Source of the DNA: Nitrospinaceae bacterium
Lineage (GTDB): Bacteria > Nitrospinota > Nitrospinia > Nitrospinales > Nitrospinaceae
Reading direction: 5' to 3'
Assembly (NCBI GenBank): GCA_965237905.1
Contig: OZ250172.1
Location: forward strand, 2,880,001-2,944,000
Length of the DNA: 64,000 nucleotides
The notes beneath the pieces are model-generated. The model was not told where the DNA came from. It ran no database searches and saw only the letters and a list, made by a program, of their open reading frames with translations. Made by a program: the position numbers and the translations under genes. Below, in pieces: positions 49,968 through 58,730 of this stretch (position 1 is its first letter; every line of letters starts with the position of its first letter).

Positions 49968-51863
49968 TTAAAAGGTGTAAACAACACCTGCGTAGCCGGA
50001 GATGCCCGCTGTTCCGAATCTAAAAGGCTCTTCATAATCTTTGTCGAGTAGGTTTTCGCCGCGTGCTGTCAGTTTCCAATTTTTGTTGAATTGGTAGCTG
50101 ACTGCGGCCCGTAGTAAAGCACGGCCTCCAACAATGTCTCCTGTTACGAAGGATGACGAATCCATACTACTTCTATAACTCATCGAAATGAGAGAATTTA
50201 GCTTATTTTCCCAATTATGATGCAAACTCACTGACAGGGCGTTTCGCGGCCGCCGAGCCAGGGTTTCATTGGTAATATCATCTACGGCTTGGTTCCAGGT
50301 ATGGAGAACCGTTAGGTCAAGATTTTCTATAATTTTGAGATTTAGGGAGCTTTCCACGCCTTTGGAAGTGGCCGATCCGACATTTTGAGGCATTGAGAAG
50401 GGAGGAGCCGGAAGAGAAACAAATACTATCAGATTGGTGTAATCGGTATAAAAATAATTAACATCCAGAGTCAGCCGGTCTCCGAACAGTTTTTGCTCGA
50501 TGCCGACTTCCCAATTTTTACTTTCCTCCGATTTAAGGTTGGGGTTATTGAAAGGTTGAAAAAATAATTCATTGATTGTCGGCGCCCGGAAACCTGTGGC
50601 ATAAGCGGCGCGGAACTTGGTTCCCAATTTCTTGAAGCGATAGGCTGCCTCCACTTTATAGGTAAGCTTGTCGCCAAATTCCGAGTTGACATTTTGTCGG
50701 AAACCAGCGGTCAGGAAAACCTGGTCCTCATAATTCAATTTTCCATCCAGATAATATCCCTGGGAATGGTTGGTTCGGCCTCCTTGTGATGGAGATATGA
50801 AGATGAGGGGGTTGCCTTTGAAAGTGCTTTGTCCATTGGTTACCTGGTATTCGAAACCGAATACAGTGGAGAAGTAGTCGGATAAGGTTGCATTGTTTTG
50901 TAAATCGATAGTATAGGTACGGTTGAAAACAGTTGAGTCTCCGAAAACGGGATTGACTGATTCCAATTTATCATAACTTAAATTGGTGTTGAGCCTGGCG
51001 TCCCACTGATCGGTGATGGATTTTCGTATGGGTATGGCAATTTGGAAATTCTCGTTGGTCGTTCTCTCTTCCAGGGTATCGGAAAATGCAAACGGGGGAA
51101 AAGGACTGGAACCGTCGAAGTCACTTTTAGCCAACAGATATCGGGTGATCAATTCAATGCGACCGTCATCCAGAAAATTGTAACCTAGTCGTGAAGACAA
51201 GGTTGTGTTGCCATAACCGTCATCTTCAGTAGCGCCCCGCTTTTCATTTAACGCGGAAAAGCCGTCGCTGTCGGTCCGGGAAGCAGATAGCGAATAATCA
51301 AATTTGCCCAGGGCACCGGAGCTGGACAGGGTTTCCTTGAAAGTCTTAAAACTTCCTGCCTCAAAGGCAACGGAGTGAGTAGGTGCCTGTTCCCCCCTTT
51401 TGGTGACGATGTTGATGACCCCGCCGACTGCATCCGCTCCCCATAGGGTGCTTTGCGGACCCCGCAGGATTTCTATACGTTCAATATTATCCATTTGTAG
51501 ATTGGCGAAATTGAAACCACCAGATGTATTGAGGTTGACCTGAACGCCGTCGATCATCACCAGAGTCGATTGCGAACCTGCGCCTCGCATGAAAATCGAG
51601 GTTTGGCTACCCATAGGTCCGGTATTGACGACATTGATTCCCAGTTGCTCCCGTAGGATATCCTTCACCTGCATGTGTTGTTTTTGTTTGATTTCCTCCT
51701 GTGTGATGATGGTCAGGGCAGAAGCCGGATTTTCCTCTTCAATGGAAGTCCGGGTGGCGGTGATTTCAATCGCCTTCAGAGCCTCCTCGTTTTCTTCTGC
51801 AAAAGCAGTCAGGGGCAATAACAAAAGGCAGGTCATCATAATAATAGTTTTAACGGGTTTCAT
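49968..51863 (-). CDS. btuB: TonB-dependent cobalamin receptor
   Basis: ITATR, plug domain IERIEILRGPQSTLWG..AVGGVINIVTK, terminal Phe; directly downstream of a cobalamin riboswitch. Confidence 0.88.
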   Translation of the reverse strand: MKPVKTIIMMTCLLLLPLTAFAEENEEALKAIEITATRTSIEEENPASALTIITQEEIKQKQHMQVKDILREQLGINVVNTGPMGSQTSIFMRGAGSQSTLVMIDGVQVNLNTSGGFNFANLQMDNIERIEILRGPQSTLWGADAVGGVINIVTKRGEQAPTHSVAFEAGSFKTFKETLSSSGALGKFDYSLSASRTDSDGFSALNEKRGATEDDGYGNTTLSSRLGYNFLDDGRIELITRYLLAKSDFDGSSPFPPFAFSDTLEERTTNENFQIAIPIRKSITDQWDARLNTNLSYDKLESVNPVFGDSTVFNRTYTIDLQNNATLSDYFSTVFGFEYQVTNGQSTFKGNPLIFISPSQGGRTNHSQGYYLDGKLNYEDQVFLTAGFRQNVNSEFGDKLTYKVEAAYRFKKLGTKFRAAYATGFRAPTINELFFQPFNNPNLKSEESKNWEVGIEQKLFGDRLTLDVNYFYTDYTNLIVFVSLPAPPFSMPQNVGSATSKGVESSLNLKIIENLDLTVLHTWNQAVDDITNETLARRPRNALSVSLHHNWENKLNSLISMSYRSSMDSSSFVTGDIVGGRALLRAAVSYQFNKNWKLTARGENLLDKDYEEPFRFGTAGISGYAGVVYTF

Positions 51864-51895
51864 TAGTTTCCTCTCTCTCGAAGGATGATGAATAA

Positions 51896-52042
51896 AATTC
51901 CCGGACCAGGTTTCCTGACTTGGGGCGACCTACTCACCGTGCCTTCCCGTCCTTGCGGACAGTGGCTGTCGACGGTTTTCGTTCCCATCACAGTTGCGGG
52001 ACAGTGGCGGCTTTTCACCGCGCTTCCCTACTCCCGGGAATT
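51896..52042 (-). ncRNA. Cobalamin riboswitch (internal, before btuB)
   Basis: AGGGAA..GGTGAAAAGCC..CCCGCAACTGT..GCCACTG..GGGAAGG..AGTCAGGAAACCTG; closing stem AATTCCCGG/CCGGGAATT. Confidence 0.93.
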
Positions 52043-52055
52043 GGATTGTGGCTTG

Positions 52056-53561
52056 CTACAAGCCGATGATGTGTTTCACCTCGTTCATGTTGATCGATTG
52101 CGTGACCAAATCCGCCAGCCGGTCCAACTGCCGGGAACGAAATTCCCGGTAATTGAATTGTTCTTCCGGTTGCGGCAGGTTTCTTTTATTACGTATATAA
52201 TTTAAAAATCCCTCTCGTATAGGATCGTTGTCCAGAAAACCATGCAGATAGGTGCCGATAACGTTCCCCTCTTCATTGCACAACCCCAGACTGGAAGGAC
52301 AATCGCCATTGGAAGGCTGAAAGAGAAGGGGATATTCTTTTTGAAATTGCGTCCGGCCGGAATGAATTTCATAGCCGTCCACCTCCAATCCCTCTTCAAA
52401 AATAGAAGAGGAGAGAGTAGGGCGTATTCTCCTTCGGGTGATTTTTTTATTTTCCATGAGCGTGGTGGCCTGTATGAAACCGAGTCCTTCTATTTCCTCG
52501 ATGGGACTTTCAATATGATCCGGGTCGAGCAGGCGCGTTCCCAGCATTTGAAATCCGCCACAGAGTCCGAGGATCAACCCACCTTCCTCATGGAAGGATT
52601 GGGCGTACCGATACCAGCCCATCTCCTTCATGAATTGCATGTCGCCGATGGTATTCTTGGTGCCGGGAAGAATCAGCAGGTCCGGATTACCCGCCTGCAC
52701 CGGACTGCGGACGTACCGGACCGCCACTCCGGGATCGGAGACCAGCGGTGAAAAATCGGTAAAGTTTGCGATGTGCGGTAATTGAACGATAGCAACGTCC
52801 ACCACGCTTGGGTGGCTATTCACAATGGGCGAACTATGATGAGGAATGGCGTCTTCTTCATCCACAAATAATTCGGCGTCAAAGGAGATGACCCCTAAAA
52901 TAGGTTTGCCGGTCATCTCCTCAAATTGCGTGAGGCCCGGTTTCAGTAAATCGATGTCCCCACGGAACTTATTGATGATGAATCCCCGCACTCTTTTTTG
53001 TTCGGATTCGGTGAGTAAGTCAAGAGTTCCCTTCATCCAGGCGAACACACCGCCGCGGTCGATGTCGCCGACGATCAATACCGGCGCGTCGGCCATGTCC
53101 GCCATTGCCATGTTGACCATGTCGTGCTGGCGCAGGTTGATTTCGGCAGGCGATCCGGCGCCTTCCATGATGATGAGTTCGTATTTATTTTTTAAAGTAT
53201 CGAAGGCTCCGGCGACTTCCTTTACAAAATTGGGTCGATCAGCATAATAATCCTTGGCGTTGCGTTGACCCATCACTTTACCCATGACGATGACTTGCGA
53301 ATTGTTATCCGCGTTGGGTTTGAGCAGAATGGGATTCATGGTGACATGCGGCGCAATACCGCAGGCTTCGGCCTGATACACCTGGGCGCGGCCGATTTCT
53401 CCCCCTTCTTCGGTGACATACGAATTTAAGGACATGTTCTGCGCTTTGAACGGGGCGACTTTAAGGCCCTCGCTGTAAAACGCCCGGCACAAGGCGGCGG
53501 TGATGATACTTTTGCCCACTCCGGAACCGGTACCCTGAATCATCAATATTTTAGCAGTCAT
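52056..53561 (-). CDS. cobQ: Cobyric acid synthase
   Basis: QGTGSGVGKS, PFKAQNMS, EGAGSPAEINL, GLCGGFQMLG, GTYLHG. Confidence 0.97.
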   Translation of the reverse strand: MTAKILMIQGTGSGVGKSIITAALCRAFYSEGLKVAPFKAQNMSLNSYVTEEGGEIGRAQVYQAEACGIAPHVTMNPILLKPNADNNSQVIVMGKVMGQRNAKDYYADRPNFVKEVAGAFDTLKNKYELIIMEGAGSPAEINLRQHDMVNMAMADMADAPVLIVGDIDRGGVFAWMKGTLDLLTESEQKRVRGFIINKFRGDIDLLKPGLTQFEEMTGKPILGVISFDAELFVDEEDAIPHHSSPIVNSHPSVVDVAIVQLPHIANFTDFSPLVSDPGVAVRYVRSPVQAGNPDLLILPGTKNTIGDMQFMKEMGWYRYAQSFHEEGGLILGLCGGFQMLGTRLLDPDHIESPIEEIEGLGFIQATTLMENKKITRRRIRPTLSSSIFEEGLEVDGYEIHSGRTQFQKEYPLLFQPSNGDCPSSLGLCNEEGNVIGTYLHGFLDNDPIREGFLNYIRNKRNLPQPEEQFNYREFRSRQLDRLADLVTQSINMNEVKHIIGL

Positions 53562-54595
53562 ACGGCCCCTTTCTTATGCTGACGCTTTAATAGCCAGACG
53601 AAAAACGGACCGCCCAGCATGGCGGTGATCACGCCGACCGGAATTTCCGTCGGAGCGATCAGGGTGCGTCCCACGGTGTCACACAGGATCAGAAAGCTGG
53701 CGCCGAAGAACATGGAGCCGGGAATCAAAAGACGCAAATCGGGCCCGACCATTAGGCGCACGATATGCGGCACGATCAACCCGACAAATCCGATGGGACC
53801 GCTGATGGCTACCACAGTACCGGTAATCAGCGAGGCCAGGACGAAGCCGATTTTCTGGGTCCGTACCACATCCACTCCCCGGCTCATGGCCGATTGCACT
53901 CCCGCGCTGATCAGGTTCATATCGCGCGACACGTAAATGAGACCGCCGATGCCCAAAATCACAAAGGGGCAGATGGACCATACCGTCTGGTAATCGGTGA
54001 TATCCAGCCCGCCCATCAACCAGCGGACGATTTGAAACGACTGCGTGAAATCGGACATGTAGTGGATGAACATGACCATCGACGCGAAAAAGAAATTGGC
54101 CGTCACCCCCGCCAGCAGAAGGACGGAAGTCGGAAAATCCCCATACCGCGTTTTTACCAGGCTGAAAACGAGAAACATGGTTCCCAATGCGCCGGCGAAC
54201 GCGGCAATGGACAGGGTAGAAATTCCCAAAATAGTGAAGTTCAGGTTGAGGCTGATGGCGATCACCGCGCCTAAGGACGCGCCGCTGGAAACCCCGAGGG
54301 TGAATGGCGCCGCAAGGTCGTTGCGCAGAAGAGCCTGAAACACCGCGCCCGTGACTGACAACGCCGCTCCGGTGACCGCTCCCAGGAGAATCCGGGGGAT
54401 GCGGGCCAGGAACAGGATATCGGCGTCTACGTTGTCGGTGGCACCGAGACCTCCCGACAAGGCTTTGCCGATGTCAATGGAGGTGGGTCCGATCAGCGGT
54501 GCCAGTATCAAGGTGGCCAGGAATAATAGAAAGAACAGGCCTATGCCCGTAGCGAATTTCCGGGAGCTTATGGCGGATGGTTGCAACTCGTTCAT
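53558..54595 (-). CDS. btuC: Cobalamin ABC transporter permease (FecCD/BtuC)
   Basis: RIPR, FQALLRN.LA.P..LGVSSGA, GPIGFVGL.VPH; B12 riboswitch context. Confidence 0.85.
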   Translation of the reverse strand: MNELQPSAISSRKFATGIGLFFLLFLATLILAPLIGPTSIDIGKALSGGLGATDNVDADILFLARIPRILLGAVTGAALSVTGAVFQALLRNDLAAPFTLGVSSGASLGAVIAISLNLNFTILGISTLSIAAFAGALGTMFLVFSLVKTRYGDFPTSVLLLAGVTANFFFASMVMFIHYMSDFTQSFQIVRWLMGGLDITDYQTVWSICPFVILGIGGLIYVSRDMNLISAGVQSAMSRGVDVVRTQKIGFVLASLITGTVVAISGPIGFVGLIVPHIVRLMVGPDLRLLIPGSMFFGASFLILCDTVGRTLIAPTEIPVGVITAMLGGPFFVWLLKRQHKKGAV

Positions 54596-55395
54596 GAGGC
54601 CTCCGGCACGACCAGCAGACTGCCGTCTTCGTCATCTTGAAAAATTTTGACCTTCACTTCATACACTTCTTCGAGAATCTCCTTTTTCAGAACTGCTTCG
54701 GGAGGCCCATCGCAAAACACGCGGCCTTCTTTCAGGAGGATCAGCCGTTTGCAGAATTTCGAGGCCAGGTGCAGATCGTGCATGGCCAGGATGAGCGATT
54801 TGTTTTCCCGCTCGTTCAGTTGTTTCAAAATACTGAGGACTTCGATCTGGTATTTGATGTCCAGTGCCGAGGTGGGTTCGTCGAGAAGCATGACCTCCGG
54901 TTTCTGCGAGATGGCGCTGGCGATCATGACCCTCTGTTTTTCGCCGCCGCTGATTTCATTGAAACTCCGATGGGCAAACTCCAGAACTTGAGTTTGCTTC
55001 ATGGCTTCCTCTGCGATCCGGTAATCGTTTTCCCCTTCAAAGGTCAGAGGTGATAAATACGGATGGCGTCCCATCAACACGATATCGATTACTTTAAAAG
55101 AAAACGCCATTTGCTTTTCCTGCGGAATCCAAGCGATGGATACGGCCAGGTCCTTTTTTTTGTAATGGCTCAATTCGCGATTTTTAAAGAAGACCGTTTT
55201 GGAAGAGGAGGGTAGTATGCCACCGATCAGTTTGAGCAGTGTCGATTTACCGGAACCGTTGGGCCCGATGACGCCTGTGAATTCTCCCGCCTGAAAGTTG
55301 AGAGAAATATCCCTGAGCACCGGCTCTTCCATGTAGGCGAAGGTCAGGTTCTTGGTTGCGATCAATGCCTCCGATGCCTGGGTTTCTGTTGTCAT
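54592..55395 (-). CDS. btuD: Cobalamin ABC transporter ATPase
   Basis: GPNGSGKST, ISGGEKQR, LLDEPT, HDL. Confidence 0.85.
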   Translation of the reverse strand: MTTETQASEALIATKNLTFAYMEEPVLRDISLNFQAGEFTGVIGPNGSGKSTLLKLIGGILPSSSKTVFFKNRELSHYKKKDLAVSIAWIPQEKQMAFSFKVIDIVLMGRHPYLSPLTFEGENDYRIAEEAMKQTQVLEFAHRSFNEISGGEKQRVMIASAISQKPEVMLLDEPTSALDIKYQIEVLSILKQLNERENKSLILAMHDLHLASKFCKRLILLKEGRVFCDGPPEAVLKKEILEEVYEVKVKIFQDDEDGSLLVVPEAS

Positions 55396-55399
55396 CGCT

Positions 55400-56305
55400 T
55401 CAATCCTTGAACGCTTCCGGGTGAATCACCCGGGCGAAATGATCCAGAATGTTTAGAAACCTGGGACCGGGAATGAGAATGTAATCGGCCCCGACAAAAT
55501 AAATGGTTTTATTTTTGACGGCGGTTAACGTGGGGAACCGTTGCCATTGTTTGAGTTTTTTTTCCTTTTCGCTGGCCGACATGTTCGCATCGGGACCGGC
55601 TTCGATGATGACCTCCGGCGAGTGGCGCAGGATGAATTCCTTCGAAATTTTTGGATAATTTGTGTCGGGATCCGTCAGAATGTTTTCTCCACCGGCCAGC
55701 TCCAGTAATTCTCCGAGAAAGGTGCTTCTGCCCACGGCGTACAAAGCACCGCCGGGATTACTGCCGTCACCCAATATCAGAAGTGCTGTCTTTTTGGGAA
55801 CGTTCCTCAGGCGGACTTGCTGGCGTTGAATCCCGGATTGCAATTGTTCAATGAGAGCCTGGGCGTCGGTTTCGCATCCCAGTACCTCGCCAAAGGTTTT
55901 TATGGTTTCCAAAATATTTTGCAGACGAGTCATGGAAACGGCGAGCGTGCGGATGCTCAGGTTTTTCGCGTTGATCCGCAATTTATGGCTATCCTCCTGA
56001 TAGATGATTAAATCCGGCTTGAGGGTAATCCATGTTTCCACACTGGGGTTCAGCAGGCCGCCGATTTTGGGCAGGGCGCAGGCTTCCTTGGGATAAGAAC
56101 AGAAATCGGTAACGCCGACGACGCGGTTGCCTACCCCCAGAGCGAACAGGGTTTCGGTAATCGAGGGTGACATGGAAATGATGCGCTGAGGATATTGAGG
56201 TGCGGCCCAGGAGATATCAAACCAAATAAAGAGACTGGCGCAGAAGAAAAGAGCGATGCGTTTTATGTTCCCCGGTGCCGCGCGGGGAGTGGGATAGCCG
56301 ACCAT
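55400..56305 (-). CDS. btuF: Cobalamin-binding periplasmic protein
   Basis: RIISMSPSITETLFALG..VVGV..C.YP, PGPR. Confidence 0.85.
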   Translation of the reverse strand: MVGYPTPRAAPGNIKRIALFFCASLFIWFDISWAAPQYPQRIISMSPSITETLFALGVGNRVVGVTDFCSYPKEACALPKIGGLLNPSVETWITLKPDLIIYQEDSHKLRINAKNLSIRTLAVSMTRLQNILETIKTFGEVLGCETDAQALIEQLQSGIQRQQVRLRNVPKKTALLILGDGSNPGGALYAVGRSTFLGELLELAGGENILTDPDTNYPKISKEFILRHSPEVIIEAGPDANMSASEKEKKLKQWQRFPTLTAVKNKTIYFVGADYILIPGPRFLNILDHFARVIHPEAFKD

Positions 56306-56341
56306 GAGTTTAACTCCTGCTCGGAGACCCGGAAGGCCAAT

Positions 56342-56367
56342 AAAAAACCCTTTCCGGGAGGAAAGGG
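56342..56367 (-). terminator. Riboswitch-associated intrinsic terminator (attenuator)
   Basis: CCCTTTCC-TCCC-GGAAAGGG-TTTTTT between the aptamer and btuF. Confidence 0.8.
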
Positions 56368-56414
56368 GATTTTTAGCCCTTCACCTCTCAGGTTCCGAAG
56401 AGTGTGTGAAGCCG

Positions 56415-56559
56415 GTTCAGACAGGCTTTCTGGCTTCCGGATCGGCCTAATACCTGCGCCTTCCCGTTTCCTTGGAAACAGTGGCTTCGAGCAGGATTCG
56501 TCCCCGGTTACAGCGGCGGGCCCGCGACGGATTCGCACCGTCTTTCCTTACATCTGAAC
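56415..56559 (-). ncRNA. Cobalamin riboswitch (operon leader)
   Basis: AAGGAAAGACGGTGCGAATCCG..CCCGCCGCTGTAA..GCCACTG..GGGAAGG..AGCCAGAAAGCCTG; closing stem GTTCAGA/TCTGAAC. Confidence 0.93.
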
Positions 56560-56636
56560 ACGAACAATTTACTTGGGTGCCAGCATATCAGAAGGTCTGG
56601 GACTGTCAATAGAATTCGGGGTGGCTGGCGAAGGGA

Positions 56637-57293
56637 TTACTCGGATTCAAAAAATTGTGTCAAGTCCGCGATGTTGTTGGCATTGACTTCGTGGCCCTGA
56701 GAGGTCTCTTTTTTGGTAAGAAGGTGACCTTGAGCTTCCATTTCGTCGAGTGCGTGTTCTGCGAGGAAAGAGGGAACAACTTCGTCATTGAGTCCATAAA
56801 TTCCCAGGATGGAGGTGTTGTGCGTTTGTTTCGAGCCGTTGTCGGGAATTTCGGGAAGGAAACCGCACACCGAGGCTACCTTGTGAAGAGGGTAGGATCC
56901 CAGGAGAGAATAAACCAGCGCCGCCGCGCCACCCTGAGAAAATCCCCACATGCAGACTTTGGAATCGTGGTCCGTCAACTCTTTCAGGTAACGGTGCGCC
57001 TCGTTCACCAGCTGAGCGGTGTAATCCAGAAAATGATTGACGGTCTCCTTCTGGCGCGGTCCGTCTTTCCACCAACTCCACAGCCCGTCGCCGGCATCGG
57101 TCGGTCCTTCGGGATAAACGAAGACCGTGTTGCTTAGTTTCAGTTTGTTGCCGTGGATCAGCATGTTTTCCGGCGTGGAGTCCGCCCCGTGAAAACCGAT
57201 CAACAGCCGCGTTGGTTGACCCAAGTTCAATTTCGATTCACCGAGGATTACTTTTTTATTATTCCACTGTGCATTTTTGTAATGGACGGTCAT
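56637..57293 (-). CDS. Alpha/beta hydrolase (phospholipase/carboxylesterase family)
   Basis: GFSQG nucleophile elbow, D.VVP, GHE. Confidence 0.88.
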   Translation of the reverse strand: MTVHYKNAQWNNKKVILGESKLNLGQPTRLLIGFHGADSTPENMLIHGNKLKLSNTVFVYPEGPTDAGDGLWSWWKDGPRQKETVNHFLDYTAQLVNEAHRYLKELTDHDSKVCMWGFSQGGAAALVYSLLGSYPLHKVASVCGFLPEIPDNGSKQTHNTSILGIYGLNDEVVPSFLAEHALDEMEAQGHLLTKKETSQGHEVNANNIADLTQFFESE

Positions 57294-58654
57294 TCGGCCA
57301 ACTCCACTTGTGATGCGATCAATCCCTTTGCCAACTGCTCGGCTTCTTCTTTAGTTTGAATCGTTCCCAAAACCCGTGCTTCTTCCACTTTTTCAAGGAT
57401 GAATTTGAAGTGTGGTGAGGGTTTCAGTTGGAATTTCCTTTTCAAGACGTCGCCGTCCAAAAGAGCAGGGCGGTCCTGCGCTGGAATATAGGTTTCGATG
57501 TAGAACTCGAAGATTCGATTGATCAAGGGAACAAAATACTTGATGTCCTCCTGATTTCCCAACCGGACGGCGAAGGATAATAATAGCGAAGAAATCAGCT
57601 CATCGCCACTTTGATGGATGAATTGATAAACGGTCGAATCCTCCTTGAAGCCGTCGGCGGCACTGCGGGCTTCCGAAAGCACGATTCCGGTAAACTTCAG
57701 GGTTCGGTCGACAAACTCAATATCAGAATTACTCAACCGAGACTCTTTGAGAAAATCTGTAGCCTCGAAGGCCGAACCAGAGGCCGCCGCTAAAAGCCGA
57801 ATTAAGGCCGACCATTTTAACAAGGCATAGTGATGGTTTACCGATAGAAAATCTTTTATGAGTTGTATGTCTTTTTCTAGAAGTTGATCCGGATGGATAA
57901 GGATATTCTCCATCTCCCGGAACACGTTCAGGGTGTCGTCCCACAGAGTCGTAGTGGGTTGGTTTCCCGGCTTCGTTTTGAGTTTTGAAACATGGGGAAA
58001 CAAAACTTCGATTAATCCGGTTGAGTCCATCAGGTCGAGCCGAGACTGTGAAGCTCCCAATAAAATGAGAAGCTCATAGGTGATCCTTTCCTGAGCGACT
58101 CCATTGAGTTGGGTCTTGTGAGTTTTGATTTGTTCGATTGTTTCCAGCTCGATGCCGAATCCCAATGTGCTGGCAAAACGGAACGCGCGGAGCAGTCGTA
58201 GCGGATCTTCCTCAAAAGCCCGTCCTGGAACCACCCGGATGATTTGATTGCGAAGATCGTTTTGTCCATCAAAAGGATCAATCAGATTTGCTTTTTCTCC
58301 AATAAAGTCCGGCAGGGAAACAGCCATTGCGTTGATGGTGAAATCGCGTTGCGATAGATCCTCTTCGATCGTCTGACCCTGAAGAGTCGTGAAGTCGAAA
58401 TATAAATCCCGGTGCAGAACGACCCGGTAAGTTTCGTGGCCGGGGGTTTCGTCCAGAGGGACCAGTGTTCGCTGAACTTTTTGAGCCCAGGCGCGGGCAA
58501 TTTCTGGGGCATGGGGCGCGGTAAAGTCGTAGTCGGTGCAGGGTCTCCCGATGAGGTGGTCACGGATCGTCCCGCCGACAAGATAAAGCGAGCTATCCAG
58601 TAGTCGGGAGAGTTGGTTTATATCTTCAAGATTTTTTTTTACTGAGGGGTCCAT
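57290..58654 (-). CDS. Class II tRNA nucleotidyltransferase (probable CC-adding enzyme)
   Basis: VGGTIRD..DYD, EDL..RDFTINAM, EDPLRLLRAFRF. Confidence 0.85.
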   Translation of the reverse strand: MDPSVKKNLEDINQLSRLLDSSLYLVGGTIRDHLIGRPCTDYDFTAPHAPEIARAWAQKVQRTLVPLDETPGHETYRVVLHRDLYFDFTTLQGQTIEEDLSQRDFTINAMAVSLPDFIGEKANLIDPFDGQNDLRNQIIRVVPGRAFEEDPLRLLRAFRFASTLGFGIELETIEQIKTHKTQLNGVAQERITYELLILLGASQSRLDLMDSTGLIEVLFPHVSKLKTKPGNQPTTTLWDDTLNVFREMENILIHPDQLLEKDIQLIKDFLSVNHHYALLKWSALIRLLAAASGSAFEATDFLKESRLSNSDIEFVDRTLKFTGIVLSEARSAADGFKEDSTVYQFIHQSGDELISSLLLSFAVRLGNQEDIKYFVPLINRIFEFYIETYIPAQDRPALLDGDVLKRKFQLKPSPHFKFILEKVEEARVLGTIQTKEEAEQLAKGLIASQVELAE

Positions 58655-58730
58655 GGAATTGAGTCAGGAGAATTATGGGCAGATTTCATAATATCAGTTA
58701 GCAGGAATAAAGCCAAAGGGAGGGACTCTT

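Noticed and set aside
56195..56557. ORFs across the btuF leader (also 51885-52205)
   Set aside because: They coincide with the cobalamin riboswitches.
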